Source of the DNA: Cyanophora paradoxa CCMP329
Taxonomy: Eukaryota > Plantae > Glaucophyta
Assembly (NCBI GenBank): GCA_004431415.1
Contig: QPMI01000372.1
Location: 1 to 31,416, forward strand
Length of the DNA: 31,416 bases
Direction of reading: 5' to 3'
Shown here: positions 9,336 to 18,748 of the stretch, one piece after another
Layout of the letters: every line of letters starts with the position of its first letter
Numbering within the stretch: the stretch's first letter is position 1
The notes under the pieces: generated by a model
Told to the model about the DNA's origin: nothing
Seen by the model: only the letters and a program-made list of their open reading frames with translations
Database searches by the model: none
Position numbers and translations under genes: made by a program

Positions 9336-11528
9336 ATGCAAGAAGATATACAAGATGACAGCCTGCTCATGTGCGAGCTAAGCCGAGATCTGCCTGGCAC
9401 TCCCGTTCAAGGCGCCCAGACCGCGCAACCGGGCACACCGGATCAGCGTGCGGTGCGTCGGAAATGCTCAGAATGATCCCTTAATTGCATCTGAGCGCTT
9501 TGCTGACGCCCGCACGTACGCGCTTTTGAATGCAGGCGGATGCAGTTCGAATTCTCTGCCAGCTTCAAACCACGCTCTGCAAGGCCGGCTGCACCACGCT
9601 CACCTGCGAATCGGACGATGATGAAGAAGACTCTACGGACGCGTGCACACAGGCGCTGCCGTGCTCGAGGATCCTCGTCCGCGTCCTGGAGGAACACGTC
9701 GAGATCGCTGTGCGCGAGCGCGCGGCGCGCTCCCCGCGTGCGCATGCTGATTTCCGAACGCGTATCGTGCAGTTTGATACGGAGAAGTGCGCGCCCGGCG
9801 ACGTTTTTCCCAGTCCGGTCAATTCAAATTGCGGGTCGCTCCGAGTGCATGTGGACTCGAGCGGGGCCCGCGCGCTCTCCGTGCCGTACGACGACGTACG
9901 GGGCGTGGACTACGTGCCGTGGGGCCGCGGCGCGGTTGTGATCATCCGGCTGCGGTCGCCGCCGCGGGAGGCGGAGGCGGTGGGCGTCGCGTTCGACGCG
10001 CGGGCGCGGGGCGGCGACTCGGTCTCGTTCTACGTGGCGGAGGAGGAGGCGCTGGAGCAAGTGCAGGTCGCCCTCGAGCGCGCCGCCGTCGAGGGCCGCC
10101 GCGAGGCCTACCTCGCCTGGGCCATCGACGAGCCCCGCGGCCTCCCGCTCCGGAGCCCCCGCGCCGAGGCCCTCGCCCGCGCCCACTGGGGCGAGCCCGG
10201 CGCGCCCCGCGCACACGCCCGGCCCCGCGGCGGGAGCGAGGCGGGGAGCGAGTGCGGGGAGGGGGCGACGAGGGCTGGGACGAGCGCGTGGCGGCCCTGG
10301 AGGAGATCGTCCTCCGCCGCTCCGACCTCGAGGCCTGCGCCGCCCCCGACGAGCTCCTCACGCCCGCGCCGCCGACTTCTTCCTCCAGTGCGCCGCCCCG
10401 CCCGCCCGCCGCCGCCGCCGCCGCCGGGCCCCGCCGACGGGGGCAGGCGCATGCGCGAGATGGTGCGGGCTGCGCCGGCGTGCGAGTCGCCGTCGGGGAG
10501 CGGGCGGCGGCCGCGCGTGGCCATCGCGCCGACCTCCTTCTACCGCAAGCTCTCCCTCCGCCTCCAGGCCTCCGACGCCGCCCAGGTGCCCAAAGCCCGC
10601 CCGGCCCGCCCCGCCCCGCGCCGCGCCCCCTGACGCAGCCGGCAGGGTCCCCTCCCGCCCGACTTCGGCCTCCGCCACTCCGACTTCGCCCTCGTCCCCA
10701 TCTGCGAGCGGTCCGCCCGCCCCCGCCCCTCCCTCCCGCGGGGGCCGACGCCGGGGCGCAGGGGCCGCTGGAGCCTCGCCATCGTGTGCAACGGGCGGGC
10801 GCTGGGGCGGCCGCGGGGCCGGCCCTCGACGGGGCGCCCGCACATCCTGCACGTGGGGCAGCCGGGGCTGGCGAGCCTCAAGGCCCCCTCCGTCCTCCGC
10901 CGCTACCTGGAGCTCCTCCGCGACGCCCCGCACCTCTCCCCGTCCCCGGCCCGCCCCGCCGCCCCCCCCCCGGCCTTCCCCATCCCCAGCCCCGCACGCC
11001 GCCCGCCTCCGCGGGGCCCTCCCGCGCTCCTCGCGCGTGCGGGCGCGCCGCGCGGCCGGGCGCGCCGCCGCGTGGAGCTCCTCCAGCAGCGGCAGCGAGG
11101 CGGAGCGCGAGGCCCCGCCCCGGGAGGCCCGCCCGCGCCTCGCCGGCCCGGCGCGGCCCCGGCGGCGTCGGGCGGCGGCGCCGCGGTCGCCGGCGTCGAC
11201 GGCGTCGTCGGAGGAGGCGGGGGAGGCGTGCTGGCAGGTGCCCGTGCACGACGTGGAGGCGCCCGAGGCGCTGGCCCCCGCGGAGCTCCCGCTGCTGGTG
11301 CTGCTGCTGGTGCGGCGCCTCTGCGAGCGGCCGGACGCCTTCCTCTACGAGCTCGTGCGGCCCCTGGAGGCCCTCCTCGCCGGGCCCGACTTCTCCCGCC
11401 CCGCCCTCCGCGCCTTCCGCTCCACCCTCGCCGCCGACCTCTCCGCCGCGGCCGCCGCCGCATCCGCCGCCGCCTCCGCCGCCGCCTCCGCCTCCGCCGG
11501 CCCCTCCGCCCCACCCCGCACCCCCTAG
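9336..11528 (+). CDS. Ulp2/SENP6-7-like (peptidase C48 fold) protein lacking catalytic residues
   Basis: Colinear C48 motifs after splicing: IVLRRSDLEACAAPDELLTPA(A)ADFFLQ, VAIAPTSFYRKL, DFALVPICER|GRWSLAIVCN, RPHILHV, VLRRYLE, VPVHDVEAPE...LPLLVLLLVRRLCERP. Needs 2-3 single-base frameshifts (about 10260, 10367, 11000). Confidence 0.7.
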
Positions 11529-11615
11529 CACTGCCCGCCCACTTTTTTGTTTTTCGGGTACCGCAGTGAATCGATTGAATCGAGCACGCTTTTTCCAGTT
11601 GACGGCAGCGGGGGG

Positions 11616-13151
11616 TCAGGGTGCGGGGGGCTCCTGGCGGGGGTCGGCGGGGGCGGCGGGGCCGGGGCCGGGGGGCGCGTCGGGGGCGGCTTCGGCGGCG
11701 GCCTCCTCGAGCTCGAGGGCGGCGGCGATCTCCTCGGCCTCGGCGACGACCTCCTCGGGGGCCGGCAGCTCGCCCTCCTGGTCGTCCACCAGGCCCCCCG
11801 GCGCCCCCGTGTCCACCTCCCCGATCGCCTCCGTCTCCCCCTCCAGCGCCGCCCGCGCCGCCGCCTCCGACCGCGCCGCCTCCCGCGCCGCCTCCTCGCG
11901 CGCCGCCTCCGCCTCCGCCTCCGCCCGCTCCTTCTCGTCCTCCTCGAGCAGCACGCGCACGCCCACCGCCTCCGCCGTCTCCGCCACCGTCCCCGACGGC
12001 CGCGGCGGGCCCGGCGGCGCCTCCGACTCGCCCCCGGCCGCCGCGATCAGCCCCGCCCCGACCCAGCCGAGTGAGCTGATGAGCCGCTGCTCCGCCGCCG
12101 CCATCTCCACCCACTCGCTGGGGCCCAGCTCGTGGTCGTACCCCAGCAGGTGCAGCATCCCGTGCACCATCAGGATCCGGATCTGCGGGCGCACCCTCGG
12201 CGCCCCGGCCGCACGGACGCGCCCCGACCGGCCGCACCTCGTCCTGGAGGCCGTAGTTGCGCTCGCGCGCCTGCTCGCCAGCCCGGTCCAGCGAGATGAC
12301 GATGTCGCCCAGCGCCGTTCCCTCGTCCTGCCGTGGCGCTCGCCGGCGCGCGCGGCGCCGGGCGGGCGGCGGCGGCGGCACCTGCGGGAAGGAGAGGACG
12401 TCGGTCACGTAGTCCTTCTCCCGCCACGTGCGATTCAGCTCGCGGATCCAGAGGTCCGAGCACAGGACGAGCGAGATCTCCAGCTCGCTCTCCGCCACCT
12501 CCTCGGGGTTCGGGGCGATATCGAAGTCTGCGCTCCGCCGAATGACTCGCCGCTGCCGCCATGCGCGTTCGTGTTTCGCAGGGGCTCGCGCGAACCGGCG
12601 TGGACCTCCTCGGGGTGCCGGGCGACGCGCTCCAGCAATGCAGAGGCGTCGTTCGCGATGCGGTTGAGCAGCTCCGAAGAAGGCGCCAGATCCTCTACAC
12701 GCAGATCGACGATGCAGCGCACTGCCAGACCAGTCGCTGCGCGAGGATCAGATCGTCTCGAGGCGCACGGCCAGCGTCGCGCACCTGTGTGGACGACGGT
12801 CTCGATGGAGCGATCCGCAGACTCCACTTCCCTAATGGCTTCGGCTTCCGTCTCGACCGCCTGCTCCTCCGCGGTGCACTGGGGCGAGAAGAAACGCAGG
12901 GCGGCCCTGCCGGGCGGCACAAGCGACTGCCACACGGCCGCTCCCCTCCAGCTCCATGCGAGGGATTCATGCGAAACGCTTGGCACGAAGCCCGAAGCCA
13001 GGTGCAGCTGTTGCGGTGCCGAGCGCCTCGAATCTCCTTGCCGCCTCTGTGTTGGCCGCTGGGCTGGTCGCTGCGAGCTGGGTGAGCTGCTGCTCTGGGA
13101 GAGCTGCAGCGCCTTCCCGGGCGGCGCAGGGAGCCCGGCGACGAAGCCCAT
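11616..13151 (-). CDS. ybeY: Endoribonuclease YbeY, probably plastid-targeted, with acidic C-terminal tail
   Basis: ELEISLVLCSDLWIRELNRTWREKDYVTDVLSFPQ|DEGTALGDIVISLDRAGEQARE...DE|IRILMVHGMLHLLGYDHE contains the YbeY HGxLHLxGYDH zinc motif. N-terminus MGFVAG... is S/R/A-rich and transit-peptide-like. Four GT-AG introns. Confidence 0.93.
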
Positions 13152-13242
13152 CAGAATCTACGGCGAGCCGCGAACGAAGTGCCCCGTAGCCCCCCGGAAC
13201 CTGGAAAGTCTGGAAAGGAATCGCACCTCCGATTTCCTAGAA
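13152..13242. promoter_or_regulatory. Candidate bidirectional promoter (91 bp between two divergent ATGs)
   Basis: ybeY ATG is at 13151 (-) and the next gene's ATG at 13243 (+). The spacer has lower GC and contains the direct repeat CTGGAAAG-T-CTGGAAAG at 13201-13217. Confidence 0.55.
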
Positions 13243-14103
13243 ATGGCTTTCCTGTCCATTGTGCCTGCGTCGTTCGCTCAGTCTCGTGCACCGGCTGCCA
13301 CCTCAGCCCAGGTGACTTGCGATCTTCGCATGCGTGCACGTGCAGCCGCTGGCGGGCGCGCGCGGGCGCCTAGCGATCTAGCATCACAAACGCTGCTGAT
13401 CTCCAGGAGACTGCGCCCCCCTGATGCCTTGACCGCAGGCGTCCTCGTCGATCCGGCACGCGCCTGCGGCCCCTCGCGTCGCAGTGCCCTCTCAGTTCCT
13501 CGGTATGCAAGTACTTTACTTAGATCTGCATTCCCGTCGTGCGGCCTCGCGGATCGGTCTGCGTCGCCCTGTGCAGGCCCTGTGCCTGGGCACGCTTTAG
13601 CTTGGCTGCCGCTCCTTGAGGCCATCTAGGATTATTCGACTTCGCCTCATTGTGCCCCTCTGCTCACGTGTCCGGGGCGCAGCGACTCCGGCGCGGGTCT
13701 TCGCGGCGGAGCGGAGGTTCGCGGCGAACGAGGGCGGCCTGCGCATGATGGCGGACAAGAAGGAGAAGGCGCCCAGCCCGCCGCCGAGCCCCGCACCCCA
13801 GGAGGGGCAGACCGCCGGCGGACTCCTGGTGCGCCCCTGCACAGGCATCGCCCCCGCCCGCCGCTCTGCCTCACGTGCCGCCCCGCCTCTCTGCCTGATG
13901 TCAGGTCTTCTTCACCACGCTGGTGCGCCGCGGCGCAAGCATCGCCCCCGCCCGCTCTGCCTAACGTGCCGCCCCGCCGCTCCGCCTGGCGTCAGATGCT
14001 CTTCCTCGTCGGCCTGGGCTCGACGTCGGCGCGCATGTTCCTCTCCGACGACATGCTCGCCCCCGCCCCCATCGAAGAGCAGGCGCCGGCCCCCCGCAAG
14101 TAG
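13243..14103 (+). CDS. Small (134 aa precursor) putative plastid single-pass membrane protein, 5 exons
   Basis: Exons 13243-13311, 13439-13502, 13683-13828, 13905-13922 and 13996-14103 total 405 nt, in frame, all introns GT-AG. Translation: MAFLSIVPASFAQSRAPAATSAQASSSIRHAPAAPRVAVPSQFLATPARVFAAERRFAANEGGLRMMADKKEKAPSPPPSPAPQEGQTAGGLLVFFTTLMLFLVGLGSTSARMFLSDDMLAPAPIEEQAPAPRK*. Confidence 0.75.
13829..13995 (+). repeat. Two homologous adjacent introns (13829-13904 and 13923-13995) flanking an 18-nt microexon
   Basis: Hand alignment gives 64/73 identical positions plus one 3-nt indel, end to end from GTGCGCC to GTCAG. Confidence 0.9.
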
Positions 14104-14278
14104 GCCCCCCTTCAAAGCCCTACGCGCCTCAGCGGCTCTAGATCTCTGCCGCGTGTAAAGAGCGAGCTCGGATGAGTCTGGCGGGGCGGGGACTTGGGAG
14201 GGCGAGGAGGACGCGGGAAGCGGCGGGTGGGAGGAGGGGCCGGGGACAGGGTGGCGTCTGGCGGGGGTCTGGGCGGCG

Positions 14279-14380
14279 TCAGAGGGTGGCGTCGTAGCGC
14301 CTGCGGTCTTGATCTGCGCGGGGCGAGGCCTCAGAGGGGGCGGGGAAGGAGACGATGGCTCGGGGCGGGGGGGGGGGGGG

Positions 14381-14413
<33 letters not shown>

Positions 14414-16567
14414 CGGGGGCGGGGCGGGGCGGGCCGTTGCGGAGGGTGCGGTACGCCTCGTTGACCTCCTTGAAGCGCCGCTCCGACTCCGCCCTGCGCG
14501 CCCCCCGTCACCCGCCCGCCCGCCCGCCCCGCCCCGCGCGAGGCTCGGGGTCCAGGGGCGGCCGCACTTCTTGGCGGGGTCGGTCTGCCGGTCGGGGTGC
14601 TGCGCCCCCGCGTGAGGCCGCCGGGAGGCGAGAGCGAGCTGGGAGGGGCGGAGGCGGGGCAGGGGGGCGGGCGGACCCATTTGAGGGCCTCCTTGCGGAA
14701 GGCCGTCTTGATCTCCTCCGTCGTGGCTGAGCGGGGCACGCCCAGCACGTCGTAGTGCGTCCTCCCCCGGCCCCGCCCCGGCTGCTGCCCCTGCTGCTGC
14801 TGCCGCCCGTAGCCCTGCTGCCGCCCCTGCTGCTGCCGCTGCTGCTGGCCGTAGGAGTACTGCTGCTGGCGGCCGTACTGCTGCTGGTTCCGCTGGTACT
14901 GCTCGTACTGCTGCTGGTAGCCCCACGTGTCCTCCTCCGACGCCGCCTCGAACTCTGCGCGGGGTAAACAAGCGGCATAAAGACGAGGCGAGGGGGCGGC
15001 GGGCGGCGCGCCGAAGCCGAAGTGGTCGAAGTGGGGCCGGGAGTGCTTGAGGGAGGCGGCGGCGAGGCCGCGCAGGCCGGCCTCGAGCCACGCAAAGAGC
15101 GCCGCCCCGCCCCGCGCGTACACGTACGCGCACGCGGCGCCCACCAGCGCGCACGAGAGCACCGAGGAGTCGGCCCCGGCGAGGGCGCCCAGCACGCCGA
15201 GGGCGAGGCCGCCGAGGCCGCCGGCGAGGGTCGTCCGCCACGTCGAGTAGAGGAGGTCGCCGGCCACTGCCCCCGTCACCCCGCTCACCACCACGTGCTG
15301 CGTCAGCGCCCCTGCGCCCCGCCCCCTCGCCGGCCCTCCCCGGGGCGGGCGGGAGGGGCGGGGAGGGGCGGGCCCTGGGAGAAGGGGACGATGTAGGAGG
15401 GGAGGGCGACGGGGAAGCAGCGCGCGAGGCGGACGTTCAGCTCCACGCGGTCCAGCACCACCCGCGAGCCCCCGCCCCTGGTCGGGTCAGCCGGCGCGGG
15501 CCAGCGGGCGCGGCCGGCAGCCGGCGCGGGCACTTCTGGCGCAGGAGGCGGGCGGCGTTCTCGCGCTCGCGGCGGTGTATCAGGGGCTCCACCTGCGAGC
15601 GCCACGCCTCCCTGCCGCGCGCCCTCAGCGCCCCGCCCCGGCCCGGCGGCCGCCCCCCGCGACGCACTGGGAGCCGACGACGGGGCTCACGACGTTCGCG
15701 TAGCGCGTCGCCGCCTGGCGGCCGGTGAGGGGCGCAGGGCGGGGCGGGGCGGGGCGGCGGACGGGGTCGAAGGGGAGGGACTTGGGGAGGGCCCCGGGCG
15801 GGGCCTTGAGGGTCGGGAGGAGACCGCCGCGGATCTCCATGGCGGCGTCGATCTGCATCTCGGCGTCCGCGTCGTTCGCGTGGCTCGACTCGTACGCCGC
15901 CGTCAGCGGCCGCCACTCCGTCACCGTCCGCTGCTCGAACCGGTTCGTCGAGTGGTTGAACTGCAGCTCCGTCCGGTCGTACCCCACTGCCGGCCGGCGG
16001 GGCTCGTCGGCCGTCCCCGGGGCGAGGGAGGGCGGGGAGGGGCCGGTGCGGGCCCCGCACCTCGCCCCTCCACGGCGACCGAGACCTTCACCTCGAAGAC
16101 CCAGAAAGGATAGCTGGGCGAAGGAGGCCGGCGCGGCGCGGTCAGGCGGCGTAAGGCTTGACGCGCAGCGGGCTCTGCCGGCGCTCGCTTACTAGTGCTG
16201 CTGCGGATTCTGGGAGCGCAGAAACGTGTCGAAGGCGCCGCTCGCGAGGGTCTGGCCCTTGCTCCAAGCCGCTATCTTCGCCCTCGCCTGCTCCTGCGAG
16301 ACCTGGAAGGGGATGTACCGCCGCCCGACCCCTGCGCCGTACGCGTCGGCGTTTGCGGGCGCTCGAACGGCGTCTCCCGCACACGCGCGACTCGGCAAAG
16401 CTCGTACCGGCCCAGTACCGCCTCACATGCGCGTGCGGCAGCAGCGCGAGCGCGGCCGGAGCGCCGACGAGTCGGGCGCCGGCCGCGGCCGCAGCTCGCG
16501 TCCCTGCCGAGCGCGAAGCCGCGGAGAACGCCGCCGTCGTAAGCGCTCGCACCGCGTAGCTGCTCAT
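14279..16567 (-). CDS. C-terminal J-domain (DnaJ) membrane protein, probably mitochondrial
   Basis: Arg/Ala-rich presequence-like start MSSYAVRALTTAAFSAASRSAGTR. Then YIPFQVSQEQARAKIAAW...HY|YPFWVFEV...ALPSYIV...VVVSGVTGAVAG, two hydrophobic segments, a Gln-rich linker, and THYDVLGVPRSATTEEIKTAFRKEALKW|HPDRQ...RRFKEVNEAYRTLRN|...RRRYD, stop TGA at 14279. About 9 introns. Confidence 0.85.
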
Positions 16568-16962
16568 GATCGCACGGTGCAGGCCGCACGTCGCCGCCCG
16601 CTGGGCGAGCGCCGCGCTGGCTGTGCAGCTAAGCATCCGGCGCCGGCGCCGAAGATTGGAAGCTTTAGCGAATCTCCAGGCGCTGTGCTACGTGTGCTTC
16701 GTGTTCGTCCGGCTTCCAAAGTCCGCAGAGGCCATGCCGGTCGACGTCCCCTTCTCCCGCTTACCCCCCCCTCCGCCCCCCCCCCGCCCCCCTCCCTTCG
16801 TGTCACGGCTGCAGCCGAAAGGCAATTTACTGCGCTACGAACAGGGGATGGAGCAAGCGCTGGCTATAGCTAGCGGAGGCTGCGGGCAAGGCCAGAAAAA
16901 GCGGGAGCCGGGCAGCAGCCAGGCGCCAGCGCGGGGCGCCTGCGGGGGGCGGCTGGGGGTGC

Positions 16963-18614
16963 CTATTCCTCCTTCTTCTTCTGGCCGGGCTTCTTCTTCT
17001 CCTTCTTGCCCTCGCTGAGGGTCGCGCTGTCCACGAAGTCCGGGTACTTGAGCTTGAACGGGTCCCGCCCGGGGCCCATCGTCAGCTCCGCCGCCTGCAG
17101 CGCCCCCCTCAGCCCGGTCCCCGGGGCGCGGCGGGCGGGCGGGCGGGCGGGCGGGGGCGGGGCGGACGGCGGCCTCGGGTGCCTCGGCGGCGTCGGGCAC
17201 GAAGGTCGGGAAGGGCGGCAGCTCCGCGAACTTCTTCTGCGGGCAGCCTCAGGCGGGGCCGGCGCAGGCGGGGCGGAGCGGGGCGGGTGGGCGGGCCTTG
17301 ATGGCGTCCTTGACGCGGGCGTAGGAGCCGGCGTGCCCGGGCACGTTGCCCTTCACGAACAGCAGGTTCCGCGCCGCATCCACCTTGAAGATCTGCGCCG
17401 CCGCTCGCCGGCGGGGCCCCGGCGGGGCGGGGCGGGGCGGGGCGGGGCGGGGCGGGGGCGGGCCTGGAGGTTCTGGATGGTGCGGGTGGCGGCGCCCAGG
17501 TGCCCCGCCATCTTCTTCCCCTTGAACACCCGCCCGGGGTCCTGCACCCCGCCCGCTCGTCGAGGGCCCGGCCCGGGGCGGGGCGGGGCGGGGCGGGGCG
17601 GGCCTGGCGGTTGCCGGTGGAGCCGAGCACGCGGTGGCTCAGCGAGTTGCCGTGCGACGCGCCCTGCCCCGCGAAGTGGTGCCGCTTCATCGCGCCCTGG
17701 AAGCCCTTCCCCACCCTGCGCCCCCGTCGGCGGGGCCGCCCGGGGCGGGGCGGGGCGGGCGGGGCGCACGAGGTCCCCTGCACGTCGATGTACTGCCCGG
17801 GGAGGAAGTGCCGCGCCGTGATCTCCGTGCCTGAGCCCCGCCCGCTGAGCCGCGGAGGCGGCGGGGCGGCCGCGGGGCGGGCGCGCCGACGGGGACGACG
17901 GCGTCGGGGGTGACGCGGAACTCGCAGATGTGGCGCTTGGGCTCGACGCCGGCGCGCGCGAAGTGGAAGAGCATCGGCTTCGTCACGTGCTTCGGCTTCA
18001 TGTCGCCCGTGCCGACCTGCAGCGCGTAGTAGCCCTCCTTGGCCGCCGTCTTCACCTGCAGCACCTTGACCGCCTCCAGCTGCGCGCCGCCGCGTGAGGC
18101 CGCCGCGCGCCGGCCAGCCGCGCGTGCGGCGGCGCTTGCATGCGCATGTGCGTGCGCGGGCGGCGGCGCGCACCTGGAGGACGGTCAGGGCGTGCCGGAC
18201 GCCCCAGGAGTCCCAGAGCGGCATCATGCCGCATTTCTTGGCGATCACGCCTGTCCGCCGCCACGAAACCGTCCAGCCGTCCTTCTGATCGAACGTTTCC
18301 CTCCGCACGTACTCCTTGTCCTCCTCCTTGCGCTCCCGAGTCTTGACGCCGAGGCCCATCCACTCGACCTTCTCGCCTGTCTCGGGGTCCCACATATCGG
18401 GCATATCCTCCTGTTTTGGCGCTATAGGCCACCGTTTGAGGACGCGCCGCTGGAACGCGTTGAGCTTTTCCGTGCCCAGCTTCTTGGCCGGGACTGTCGT
18501 GCTCTTTTGCCGGATGATGAGCAGCGCCGCGGCTGGGCCGGCGATGCCTAGAGCTACGACGGTCGCGTTCGGCCGCGCGGACCGCCCGGCGGCGAGGGCG
18601 GCCGCCGCCAGCAT
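16963..18614 (-). CDS. MRPL3: Mitochondrial ribosomal protein uL3m
   Basis: [29 protein letters not shown]|...EGYYALQVG...[19 protein letters not shown]|[37 protein letters not shown]|[16 protein letters not shown]...QNLQ|[19 protein letters not shown]...VRVKDAIK|...PFPTF. Presequence-like N-terminus; 7 introns, 4 of them GC-AG. Confidence 0.95.
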
Positions 18615-18748
18615 CACAACGCGGCCTGATGGGGGGAGGGGCTTGGGGCGGGTACGCGTTGTCAACCAAGCGCGCCAAGCGCGAGAGCCTCGAGGCGAGA
18701 GGCAGTCAAAGCGCACAGGAGAGATCGCTGCCGTTGCTGCGGCCCGGG

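Noticed and set aside
9787-13629. 1280-aa ORF and the many other long Pro/Arg/Gly/Ala-rich ORFs on both strands
   Set aside because: These are artefacts of extreme GC (few stops). They run through introns and antisense to genes with clear motifs.
14367-14413. Long G/C homopolymers (also about 4147-4170 and 24724-24743)
   Set aside because: They lie inside introns and look like degenerate or mis-called (CCCCG)n tracts. Their lengths are unreliable and they are not telomeric.
14780-14920. CAG-rich repeat
   Set aside because: Ordinary Gln-rich coding linker of the J-domain protein.
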